Positions 39,802 through 48,604 of a stretch of DNA of 64,000 bases are shown here, piece after piece. The notes below the pieces were generated by a model, which was given only the letters and a program-made list of their open reading frames with translations, did not search any database and was not told the origin of the DNA. The stretch is taken from contig JAWXAY010000027.1 of NCBI GenBank assembly GCA_034439715.1, positions 1 to 64,000 of the forward strand, written 5' to 3'. Both the position numbers and the translations under genes were made by a program. Numbering within the stretch: position 1 is the first letter of the stretch; each line of letters begins with the position of its first letter. The DNA comes from Pseudomonadota bacterium (GTDB lineage Bacteria; Bdellovibrionota; Bdellovibrionia; Bdellovibrionales; SG-bin7).

Positions 39802-40563
39802 TTAAAATTGAAATCTAAGTTCAATGGGAATCTGTAAATTTAAGAAAGTCTCCACACCATTAGATGTACCGCGTTCTCCTGTCGCCGAATAACTTATTCT
39901 CTGCAAAAGAATCTCAACGCCTGTGGAAATGTCGAATGAAGGACTTATCTTATGAACTGCAGTAAAGTGAAAATCTGGGTTTAGACTAAACCGATAGTGA
40001 CCCGTTTTAGAGGTCTGCTCATCATGATATAATGGTATAAATACTCCCCCACCGACACTAAACCGAGACTGACTGTTATAAGGGATTCCACGATTTACAC
40101 CAATGCGAGCTCCTGCCGTATAGCTTTCAGGAATATATACAGTGGGAGCTGTCCGATCAGCTGTACGCTGTCTTATGTCTAATCCATAATTGAAACGCAG
40201 TTTACTGTCTCCCTGATAACCACCATGGGAAGTTTGATGAGTGGGTTCTTTTGCAATCAGGTATCTTTGAAATCCTGAATTCACCGAACTAGGAGTGACA
40301 CCTACAGGAGCGTCATGATTGTAATTAAGAGACATAAACTCAAAATGATAACTAGCTTCTGGTTTGGTCCAATATAAACTTGCAGAAAAACCATTCCCTG
40401 TGCTCAACCCCGACTCTGTTGTGAACCCCCCGCCATCTAGTTCGTAACTTTGTGGAGCATATTGAAAACCCAATCGTGCTTCGAATAATTTGTTCTGACC
40501 TACGGCAGTACTAGAAACTAATAATCCGAGTATCACGCAAGAGATTTTTTTGATTCGAATCAT
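39802..40563 (-). CDS. Outer-membrane beta-barrel protein
   Basis: Signal peptide, alternating beta strands, C-terminal ELRFQF. Confidence 0.75.
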   Translation of the reverse strand: MIRIKKISCVILGLLVSSTAVGQNKLFEARLGFQYAPQSYELDGGGFTTESGLSTGNGFSASLYWTKPEASYHFEFMSLNYNHDAPVGVTPSSVNSGFQRYLIAKEPTHQTSHGGYQGDSKLRFNYGLDIRQRTADRTAPTVYIPESYTAGARIGVNRGIPYNSQSRFSVGGGVFIPLYHDEQTSKTGHYRFSLNPDFHFTAVHKISPSFDISTGVEILLQRISYSATGERGTSNGVETFLNLQIPIELRFQF

Positions 40564-40600
40564 CGCTGTCCTCTTTTACGTTTTGTATTTCGCTAACAAA

Positions 40601-40628
40601 ACATCGGGTTACCCTACTAAAAGGTTAA
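40601..40628 (-). promoter_or_regulatory. FliA-like promoter
   Basis: TTAA-N16-CCCGATGT. Confidence 0.4.
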
Positions 40629-40781
40629 CGACATTCTTATTGAAAGGCGTGAGGAGTTTTGAATATTGGCCCTAGGTTGGTAGTCACCCCAGCGCGAAAG
40701 CACCTTCAAACCAGACCGGACACGCCGATTGTCTGTGATTTGATCTTGACCTTTTGCTGGCTAAAGATTTCAAATTAGATC

Positions 40782-41267
40782 ATGAGTGAAAAAATCCGCC
40801 CTGCGCGCAAATCCGATGTGAAAATAATTTTACAATTTGTCAAAGAGCTCGCGGCCTTCGAACGCCTTTCACATCAAGTGAACCTCACAGAAATGAAAGT
40901 AAAAAAATCTTTTCTTGCCAAAAATTCTGTGGCAAAAACTTTAATTATCGAAAAAAATGGTGTGCCTTGTGGTTTTGCAGTCTACTTTTATAATTTCTCT
41001 ACTTTTTTAGGCAGCAAAGGGATTTATCTCGAGGACCTTTACATTCGCTCTGAATTTCGAAGACAAGGGTTGGGCCGAAAAGTTTTTGCCTACTTAGCAA
41101 ACCTTGCAGTCAAGGAGAAGTGTCAGCGCTTTGAATGGTCAGTACTCGATTGGAATAAACCTGCCATAAAGTTTTACCGTGAGCTTGGGGCGCGACCACT
41201 CAAACAGTGGCAGATTCAACGTTTGGACGCGAAAGCAATTCGAAAATTATTTAAAAAATCTATTTAG
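40782..41267 (+). CDS. GNAT N-acetyltransferase (SSAT-like)
   Basis: ELAAFE, FSTFLG..GIYLEDLY, RRQGLG and WSVLDWN.PAI.FY motifs. Confidence 0.93.
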   Translation: MSEKIRPARKSDVKIILQFVKELAAFERLSHQVNLTEMKVKKSFLAKNSVAKTLIIEKNGVPCGFAVYFYNFSTFLGSKGIYLEDLYIRSEFRRQGLGRKVFAYLANLAVKEKCQRFEWSVLDWNKPAIKFYRELGARPLKQWQIQRLDAKAIRKLFKKSI

Positions 41268-41395
41268 ACCTTATTGGAATGGGACATTTTGCCCCTTTCA
41301 CGGGGCAAAAGTAGCGTGCGAATTTACGTTGACTGCCGAACTAATTCTCCTCATCGCCAAAAAAGAGTATGAAGAAAAAAACCCGTAGATCGAGC

Positions 41396-41411
41396 TGGTA
41401 TAGCACTTGCA
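41396..41411 (+). promoter_or_regulatory. Sigma54-like promoter
   Basis: TGGT-N7-TTGCA, 44 bp before the kinase ATG. Confidence 0.5.
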
Positions 41412-41454
41412 ATTTAAGCAGAAAGCGATCAATAAATAAAGCGAGGAATTTAGC

Positions 41455-42699
41455 ATGCTATATGAATTTTTACTTAAGAATCAGGCGGAAATTTTAGCTA
41501 TGACCGAACAGAAAAGCCGCGATTTGGCGGGACATGCACCTACTTCTGAAGAGCTCAAGCGGGGCCTTCCCATTTTTTATGATCAACTCATGGCCGTTTT
41601 ACTGCTTGAGCAAAAAAATGATTCAAATCCTACAGAAGATAATGAAGATAAAGAAGGTAAACGCCAAGCAGCCCGTAATGCTGACGAACCGTCCATGGCC
41701 GCGGCATCAGGCCGCCCTGGTCAAGTTGAAGTAGCGAAATCAGCCGGCCGCCATGGCCAAGAGTTGTTTCGACTCGGTTACACCCTTTCGCATGTCGTCC
41801 ATGCCTACGGCGCCATGTGCCAGTCGATTACCGAACTTTCTTCAGCGAAAAATGCGGCCATTACGAGTGAGGAATTTCATGATCTGAACCACTGTCTCGA
41901 CGTAGCAATTGCGGGCGCAGTGACCGAATATGCCTCTCAGCGGGATACCAAGGTATCAAGTCGTGAAGTTGAACATCTCGGATTTTTAGCCCATGAACTA
42001 CGTAACACGCTAAATACTGTTGTTCTATCTTATCAATTGATCAAATCAGGAACAGTGACTCCTGGGGGAAACACGGGGCAAGTGCTCGAAAGAGGCCTAA
42101 AACGAATCAGCGAACTTATTGATCGATCGTTGACTGAGGTCAGGATGCGTGTCGATCCCAAAGTTCACATTGAGTCCGCTCATCTGTTTCAGCTTGTCGA
42201 TCACATTTTATTGACTGCAGAAATCGAAGCAAAATCACGAAACCAAACTCTCGAGACCCGAATTGATCCGACTCTCGTGGTGCACGCAGACCAGCAGCTA
42301 CTCCACTCTGCCCTATCGAATCTCATTCAAAACGCCCTCAAATATACTCACGACGGTGGTAAAATTCAAGTGAGAGGCAATTTGGTTGGAGAAAACATTA
42401 TCATCGAAGTAGAAGATGAGTACGGCGGCCTTTCACCCAATGCTGAGACAGATCTTTTCAAGCCATTCGAGCAGCAGAATTGGAATCGAAAAGGACTCGG
42501 ACTTGGTCTGACCATCGCTCAACGAGGAATTGTGCTCAACCACGGCTCGCTCCACGCTCAAAATCTCCCAGAAAAAGGATGTATTTTCAGAATCACATTG
42601 CCAAAAACATTTGAAAAAACTTTGCCTGGCAAAAGAGTTTCCGCTGTTCAAGAGATACGGCCAAAATACAAAGGTCCAGATTTGCATGCCCTGATATGA
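41455..42699 (+). CDS. Cytoplasmic sensor histidine kinase with helical (RsbRD_N-like) input domain
   Basis: AHELRN, NALKY, atypical G1 box DEYGG, GLGLGL. Confidence 0.88.
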   Translation: MLYEFLLKNQAEILAMTEQKSRDLAGHAPTSEELKRGLPIFYDQLMAVLLLEQKNDSNPTEDNEDKEGKRQAARNADEPSMAAASGRPGQVEVAKSAGRHGQELFRLGYTLSHVVHAYGAMCQSITELSSAKNAAITSEEFHDLNHCLDVAIAGAVTEYASQRDTKVSSREVEHLGFLAHELRNTLNTVVLSYQLIKSGTVTPGGNTGQVLERGLKRISELIDRSLTEVRMRVDPKVHIESAHLFQLVDHILLTAEIEAKSRNQTLETRIDPTLVVHADQQLLHSALSNLIQNALKYTHDGGKIQVRGNLVGENIIIEVEDEYGGLSPNAETDLFKPFEQQNWNRKGLGLGLTIAQRGIVLNHGSLHAQNLPEKGCIFRITLPKTFEKTLPGKRVSAVQEIRPKYKGPDLHALI

Positions 42700-42743
42700 C
42701 AGCTCGAATATAAATTTAACCTGTAAAATCAATAATTAAACCC

Positions 42744-42771
42744 TTAAGTTTTTTTAAAAATCTTACGATAA
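42744..42771 (+). promoter_or_regulatory. FliA-like promoter, probably giving a leaderless transcript
   Basis: TTAAG-N15-TACGATAA ending 8 bp before ATG 42780; no SD sequence. Confidence 0.5.
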
Positions 42772-42779
42772 AACAGCTG

Positions 42780-43988
42780 ATGAGAGTTTTAGTCCTCCTA
42801 TTAATAACTGCGTTGGTTACTCCGTCTCATTCAGAGACAGTTAAAACTCATGATCCTTATCTGAGTTATATATTCAATTATGTTACAGCTCAGTATTGGA
42901 CGGTAAAAAATGCCGATCAATTTATTAAAGTATTTGGTAGCAATCTTTCAAAAAGCGAAAAGGATCTTGTTAAAAAGCGCCTAGGTCAAATCAAGGTATT
43001 GCCCGAACTTTTACAGTACGAAAATGGATGGATTGTTAAACTTGACGGATTCAAGATTACAGTAGACGTGCGGCAAATTAGAAATAAAATCGCCTACTTT
43101 AACGGCGAGAAGTTTCACCTTGATCCTGGCTCAAACCTTGAGTTTCAAATCGAGTTAATGCAGCGAAAACTTCTTAAGGATAGTGATAAATTTGGCTATT
43201 TGTGGCGCCTCCTTCTCCCGGCCGCTAAGGCAGAAGGCGAAGGCAGTGTAATGGGATTTCCGTCGCTAAAAAAATGGGTACTTTACGCGGTAGTTTATAA
43301 AATTGTGGAAAAGGGCGTCGATAGTATAACCTCGGAAACGGTTACAAAAATAATGGATGGATTTTGCTGGGGCTCATCTGACTTCGCGAGCAATGTCGGA
43401 ATGTGCAAAGATTACCTAAAAAGACTTAAAGAGGAACTCGCAAAAAATCCTACCGCAACCGCAGTCGCCGATGCTAAAAAAATACCCGAGAGTGCGCGAA
43501 AGTTTTTCACGCTCACAAAAACATGTCTGCATGAAAGTAAAACTAATACGTTGCGCGCAACTTTTGTGCTCCTTGCACCCGAGTTTCTAGAAAAAGACGA
43601 GCATGGCGATATTAAAGAAAGGATTTTTCGTGCCGCAGCCGAACAAAAAGGCGATGAACTGATGACTACTCGTATTTATGAAAACAAAACAAATGAGATT
43701 GCTGTTTACGAATACCATAAAAATATTTTAAAAATGATAAAAATACCCAATGACAAATTCGATGAAAAAACCAATGGCAAAGACACTAAATCAGTACAGT
43801 TGCCCTACATAAATATTCCTGCAACTGATGAATTAGGCAAAAACGACGGTGTCGAAATAAAACAAAACCAAAAATTTCATAATCTAATTAATGAGCATAT
43901 TGGATCCGTGATAAAGAAATGTAGCGATGAATTGATTGAAACCCAAAACAAACAACAGCTAGACGATAGGGCACAATCTGCAAAGTAA
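42780..43988 (+). CDS. Secreted hypothetical protein
   Basis: Sec signal; internal WRLLLPAAKA motif. Confidence 0.78.
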   Translation: MRVLVLLLITALVTPSHSETVKTHDPYLSYIFNYVTAQYWTVKNADQFIKVFGSNLSKSEKDLVKKRLGQIKVLPELLQYENGWIVKLDGFKITVDVRQIRNKIAYFNGEKFHLDPGSNLEFQIELMQRKLLKDSDKFGYLWRLLLPAAKAEGEGSVMGFPSLKKWVLYAVVYKIVEKGVDSITSETVTKIMDGFCWGSSDFASNVGMCKDYLKRLKEELAKNPTATAVADAKKIPESARKFFTLTKTCLHESKTNTLRATFVLLAPEFLEKDEHGDIKERIFRAAAEQKGDELMTTRIYENKTNEIAVYEYHKNILKMIKIPNDKFDEKTNGKDTKSVQLPYINIPATDELGKNDGVEIKQNQKFHNLINEHIGSVIKKCSDELIETQNKQQLDDRAQSAK

Positions 43989-43990
43989 GG

Positions 43991-44971
43991 TTGCAACACA
44001 TGCTAGGGGCCATTCTTATTATTTTAAGTCACTCATTTAGCGCTCAAGCTAGCCAATGCCTCGATAGCATGAATTTAAATAGCGACAAGTGGAAAACCAC
44101 AAAATTGAAAATACAAAGACTAAAAGACGCCGCCGAGTGCGCTAAAGATATTGCCTTGTGTGAAGGAATTCTCGCCCGCAAGGTACCATCCACTAGCGCC
44201 ACTATGTGGAATCTTTTTCTACCTTCGGCAAATGCCTCGGCAGTTTCATCCGCAGTTAGCACAGCCCTAGGTAAAGTCACTTTTGTATTTTCAATCGCTG
44301 AAATTGATCCCGACGGCACTAGCTGTTTTGCAGACAATCAATCCAAGTATGCGCAATACAAAAAGGGATGTGGCCAACCACTAGACCCTTATGACGATGT
44401 CAATGGCTTCTTACCGAACACTCTTAAATTTCTAGATGCCAAGGAAGTAGATCAAGCCCGAGAGCTCTTAACACATCCCGAATATTGTGATGTCATATTG
44501 TCTTCCTATGAAAAAATTTATCCTGAAATAAGCTTGCAGTGTGGAGATGGCAAGTTGACACTTTCGGATTTTAAAAATAAGTCGCTTAAAAAATTAGTTT
44601 GGAATAATCGTGATGAAATTCTGTGGGCTGAAGACAGTGATTTGTATGATCCTCTGCAAGCTTTTAAAATTGGTTTTCAGGGGGATAAGAGTGACATTTT
44701 ACAATTTATTAAACCTGAGGTATTGACCATGGGAAGCCGTAATCGGCCAGCTGACTTCGATAAAACCAAGTCCTATACGATGATAGCTCTCGATTGGGAA
44801 CATTCCCCGAGCCGCATAAAGAATCGTATGTTAAGACTTTTCCCACGTTGGGCTGACCTCTTCAAAATGAAATCGTGTTGTCAAAAGAAACCGCTGGACC
44901 CACAGCGCTGCGCCGAGGTGTTACCGAAAAAACGCATGCTAGCAACTGAGCCGTCCTCTCAAACCAAATAA
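43991..44971 (+). CDS. Secreted Cys-rich hypothetical protein
   Basis: Signal AQA; internal WNLFLPSANA motif; many Cys. Confidence 0.78.
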   Translation: MQHMLGAILIILSHSFSAQASQCLDSMNLNSDKWKTTKLKIQRLKDAAECAKDIALCEGILARKVPSTSATMWNLFLPSANASAVSSAVSTALGKVTFVFSIAEIDPDGTSCFADNQSKYAQYKKGCGQPLDPYDDVNGFLPNTLKFLDAKEVDQARELLTHPEYCDVILSSYEKIYPEISLQCGDGKLTLSDFKNKSLKKLVWNNRDEILWAEDSDLYDPLQAFKIGFQGDKSDILQFIKPEVLTMGSRNRPADFDKTKSYTMIALDWEHSPSRIKNRMLRLFPRWADLFKMKSCCQKKPLDPQRCAEVLPKKRMLATEPSSQTK

Positions 44972-44973
44972 CA

Positions 44974-45540
44974 TTATTTTGCTTTTAGTGTTTCGTTAGC
45001 AGTAGCTCTGTCTATACCTATGGTATGTGTGACACTCGTATCTGCGCCCAAGCCCGCCTCTATTGCTCCTGAATCGTAGGTTGCCAGTGCACCTTCTAAG
45101 ACAAACCCATTTAGGGCCGAAGGATTCTCTTCATAGTTAAGGGTGGTTTTATTTAAGTAAACAAGATTCTCAAGAAATCTTTTCTGACTTAATTCTCTTT
45201 TTGCCTTACTATTTAGTTCCGGCGTGGTAATTGTTTTGTTTAGGTTAGTCTGCACATAAATATCATGTGTCTTTAACTTTTCGCCGAGTTGGGTCTCCAG
45301 AGTAGCACAGTCAGAAACGCTAGCGAGTGGTATTTTTAAATTCTCTTTGCTAATAAAAATATAAGATTTAGTCCCACAGTTAATTTGGGCAAATCCGCTC
45401 TTCTGGTTGCCATAAACTACTTTATATTGGCCGTTTGCGGTTTTTCCTTTAAATACTAGGGTTTCAAGCTCAAGAGCTAATGACTTCTGCGTGGTTAAAA
45501 GCGCTAAACTTCCTATAATGATTTTAACTATTTTTTTCAT
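44974..45540 (-). CDS. Secreted hypothetical protein
   Basis: MKKIVK...SLA signal; GGAG RBS. Confidence 0.78.
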   Translation of the reverse strand: MKKIVKIIIGSLALLTTQKSLALELETLVFKGKTANGQYKVVYGNQKSGFAQINCGTKSYIFISKENLKIPLASVSDCATLETQLGEKLKTHDIYVQTNLNKTITTPELNSKAKRELSQKRFLENLVYLNKTTLNYEENPSALNGFVLEGALATYDSGAIEAGLGADTSVTHTIGIDRATANETLKAK

Positions 45541-45705
45541 ATTTACTCCCTATAGGCATTGATATTTCAAGACTTATGCCTGTGAAGTACACTGTGGGCG
45601 AGTGGATTTCAACTATAGGGGTTAAGCACTTTTATTGTTCGACGAGTGTCAAAAGTTTGGACGTCTACCCGGGTGGGGACCCAGGTAGCACTCTCCAATA
45701 ACTTT

Positions 45706-46137
45706 CTATCGATTCGGCACAGACTTACAGGGGCCTAAGTAATCTCCTTGAGGGCTTCCATCGGCAGCAAAAGTCAATTCATGGTCCGCATGACTTCTGA
45801 CAGCGCTGCGGCCAACGCAAAGAGTATGTTCTGAGCCAATGCTGCTTGGGAAGTGACAAATCATATAACTATTTCCATCGCCACAGATATAGATTTTAGC
45901 AACATCGGGATCAGACAAATCTGAGAGGGGACGAAAGATACCTCGCTCTTCTTCGGGCAGACTGGCCAATAAATCTTCGTCAGATGCTCCGGGATCTGAT
46001 TCTGAACTAAAGGTTTGGCTGAGTGAGCTGTTTGCCGTTGGTGATACGGGAGCTCCTGAAAATCCGACTTTACCACAGTTATTAAAGAGGGCCATCAGGC
46101 CGATACAAACTACTAAGACTATAATACTATTTTTCAT
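45706..46137 (-). CDS. Small lipoprotein with Cys/His micro-domain
   Basis: LFNNC signal; ICH.P...HTLCV...A...H..H...GDYLGPC. Start re-called to ATG 46137. Sigma54-like CGGT-N7-TTGC at 46231-46217. Confidence 0.78.
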   Translation of the reverse strand: MKNSIIVLVVCIGLMALFNNCGKVGFSGAPVSPTANSSLSQTFSSESDPGASDEDLLASLPEEERGIFRPLSDLSDPDVAKIYICGDGNSYMICHFPSSIGSEHTLCVGRSAVRSHADHELTFAADGSPQGDYLGPCKSVPNR

Positions 46138-46555
46138 GTTCCATCCTTTTCTGAATACATCCAAATTTAATCGTAACCTATTTCTCAAGTTGGCACATCT
46201 TATACAATTATAATAAGCAATTTATATACCGCGCCTTTGAGGTTTTAAGCGCGAGCGGCGCAAATTTAATGTCTAACCTATAAAAACCGTCGATTAAATC
46301 GACAAAAAATCACATCTCATTCCGAGAAACTGATTACAGATTTAAATGTTTAGGCTTTTATTTATCAAAAAGAGACAAGTTTTTACGAGTGGTAATTAAA
46401 GAAATAGTGATTACAAAAAAATATAAACGAAATAGTAATTAAAAAATGGCTTAAAATAAATTTCTGTGTGAATATTAATTACCAACTCACGTTACCTCCC
46501 ACAGTCCGTCAAAAAAAACAAACCGTTCACGTTTCTAAACTTTTTAGGGGGTCCT

Positions 46556-47179
46556 ATGTTTATACAAAAGCGTTTATTATTGATTTCCACATGTTTCACA
46601 TTAGTTTCAGGAGCAGCTTATGCTGGCCCAGGAGCAGGAAATACCGGCGGGGGATGTTATAATCTACAGATCATTGCCTTAAAAGCAAAAAGTGCTGACA
46701 TGTCCGGTACTAGTGGACACTCCTTATTTATTACGCAAAATGCCCGCACAAGAATTAATTTATCTGAGGGGCCTTTTAGCGTCCTGGATCGAAATGGTAC
46801 AGATGGAACAGCGGCTTTTTCTTTACCTAATCCCGATCCCACAAACTCAGGAGTTACAGGTTACTCAGTATTTATGAGACTCGTTGGAAAACCTGGTAGT
46901 AAAATAGATATGGCGACTTGTGGAACCGATGCCACAGGAGCGGTTTATTGCAGTGAGCAAACTGTGAATATGATTCGCAGTAAAGGTGGCTCTAGCTTTC
47001 AGAACGTCAGCCAAGAGCTACTTTATGTTTACGCTGACCTCGATTTAGATGGAGATGTAGAGCGTGTTCCCCTATTCGATAGCGCACTACAAGAGTATTT
47101 TTGGCAAGTAGATAGCACAGGCCGTTTACATGCTCAACTTCGCTTTTGCCCTGTATCAACCGTTGTTGCTGCCCCCTGA
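46556..47179 (+). CDS. Secreted hypothetical protein
   Basis: AYA signal; 4 Cys in the mature part; DLDLDGDVE, a Dx[DN]xDG Ca-binding-like loop. Confidence 0.78.
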   Translation: MFIQKRLLLISTCFTLVSGAAYAGPGAGNTGGGCYNLQIIALKAKSADMSGTSGHSLFITQNARTRINLSEGPFSVLDRNGTDGTAAFSLPNPDPTNSGVTGYSVFMRLVGKPGSKIDMATCGTDATGAVYCSEQTVNMIRSKGGSSFQNVSQELLYVYADLDLDGDVERVPLFDSALQEYFWQVDSTGRLHAQLRFCPVSTVVAAP

Positions 47180-47207
47180 TTATTAACATGAGGAGAATAA
47201 AAAATGG

Positions 47208-47240
47208 AAACCACTTAGAGAAATCTAAGTGGTTTTTTTT
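47208..47240 (+). terminator. Rho-independent terminator
   Basis: AAACCACTTAGA-GAAA-TCTAAGTGGTTT followed by a T-run. Confidence 0.85.
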
Positions 47241-47339
47241 ATCCAGTGTTTCATTTCGAGGCAGCTGCAATAAAGTCACTACCCTGACTAAGTATTTTTC
47301 AGCTATCTCAACCTAAAACCAAATGAGAGCCTTTCCGTC

Positions 47340-47355
47340 TGGCTTTTATTTTGCA
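47340..47355 (+). promoter_or_regulatory. Sigma54-like promoter of the subtilase gene
   Basis: TGGC-N7-TTGCA, 38 bp before ATG 47394. Confidence 0.55.
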
Positions 47356-47393
47356 TTTCAAGAACTCATAATAAACAAAACGGGAGTTTAAAA

Positions 47394-48587
47394 ATGCAAA
47401 AATCTTTTCTCACAGGCCTATTGGTTTCATCATCTTTGATTTTTACCGGCTGTTCAAAAAACTCGGCCAAGACCGCTGATGTAAGTTCCACATTGCTAAA
47501 ACCCAGTTTACCATCTCGTTTAATTATCGAAGACTCCAATTTGGATGCTGTCGCAAGCGAGGTCAATCGTGATGGCGGACAAGTTATTAGGAAAATGGAC
47601 CATGTAAAGGCGCTAGTAGTTAGTCTTCCCGCTCCCTCTTTAAATGGATTAAAAAAGAAATTTCCAAATGCTCAAATTTCTGAAGACATTATTATGGAAC
47701 TAGTCGACCCATCAGTAAGTTTAGCCTCCGCAAAGCCCACACCAGGCCCGGGCGCCCAACCAACACAGTCAATCCCTTGGGGCATTAATGCAACTCGCGC
47801 CAATCTAGCGCATGCTTATAACCGTGGAGCTGGAGTAAAAGTTTGTATTTTAGATACCGGTATAAACAAAGCACATCCCGATTTAAAAGGTAACATTCTT
47901 GGCGGTAAGAATTATATTATGCAAAAAGGTAGCGTACTTGTTGATAATTATGAAGATGACAATGGTCACGGTTCACATGTTGCTGGAACAATTGCGGCGC
48001 TTGATAATTCCATCGGCGCCCTTGGCGTTGCTCCGGATGCTAAACTTTACGGAGTAAAAGTTCTTAATAGACAGGGCTCTGGTTATACTTCTGATATCGC
48101 TGATGGCGTTTATGATTGTATTGGCTTCGGTGCGAGCGTTATCAATATGAGTTTAGGAGGAAGCGGCGACCCCTTGGCGCCTTCACCATTAAAAACAGCG
48201 ATTGAGTCGGCCCTTGCTAATGGTGTTTATGTCGTCGCAGCTGCTGGCAATAGCGGTAAAGATATTTCAACTTATACTCCTGCGGGTTACGCGGGGGTGA
48301 TTGCCGTTTCTGCCGTTGACGTGAATTATGCTTTCGCGAGTTGGTCGAATTTTGGACTATCAATTGGGGATTTTGCAGCCCCCGGAGTTGGAATTTATTC
48401 TACCTGGAAGGACAGTGGCTACAATACTATCAGCGGAACTTCAATGGCAGCCCCCCATGTTGCCGGTGTCATTGCCTTAGCGGTTTCAAGTCACAGTTTA
48501 GGAATTGTCGCTCGAGATCTTGGTGCAACTGTGAGTAAACAGGGCTCGGGTTTCATCGATGCTTTGAGCACTGTATTGAATCAATAA
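47394..48587 (+). CDS. Subtilisin-like S8 serine protease, lipoprotein with I9-like propeptide
   Basis: FTGC lipobox; catalytic triad in ILDTG, HGSHVAG and GTSMAAPHVAG. Confidence 0.95.
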   Translation: MQKSFLTGLLVSSSLIFTGCSKNSAKTADVSSTLLKPSLPSRLIIEDSNLDAVASEVNRDGGQVIRKMDHVKALVVSLPAPSLNGLKKKFPNAQISEDIIMELVDPSVSLASAKPTPGPGAQPTQSIPWGINATRANLAHAYNRGAGVKVCILDTGINKAHPDLKGNILGGKNYIMQKGSVLVDNYEDDNGHGSHVAGTIAALDNSIGALGVAPDAKLYGVKVLNRQGSGYTSDIADGVYDCIGFGASVINMSLGGSGDPLAPSPLKTAIESALANGVYVVAAAGNSGKDISTYTPAGYAGVIAVSAVDVNYAFASWSNFGLSIGDFAAPGVGIYSTWKDSGYNTISGTSMAAPHVAGVIALAVSSHSLGIVARDLGATVSKQGSGFIDALSTVLNQ

Positions 48588-48604
48588 TTTAATTTTAGAA
48601 CCTA

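Noticed and set aside
12176..40563. The module island as a mobile element or secondary-metabolite cluster
   Set aside because: No integrase, flanking repeats or biosynthetic core enzymes were seen, and it uses host-type promoters and signal peptides.
40646..40726. tRNA-Sec or SRP RNA (contains CTTCAAA)
   Set aside because: There is no anticodon stem, T-loop, CCA end or SRP motif. Kept only as an unknown structured element.
41287..41310. Hairpin TTTTGCCCC-N6-GGGGCAAAA as an intrinsic terminator
   Set aside because: No U-tract follows the stem on either strand; its role is unclear.
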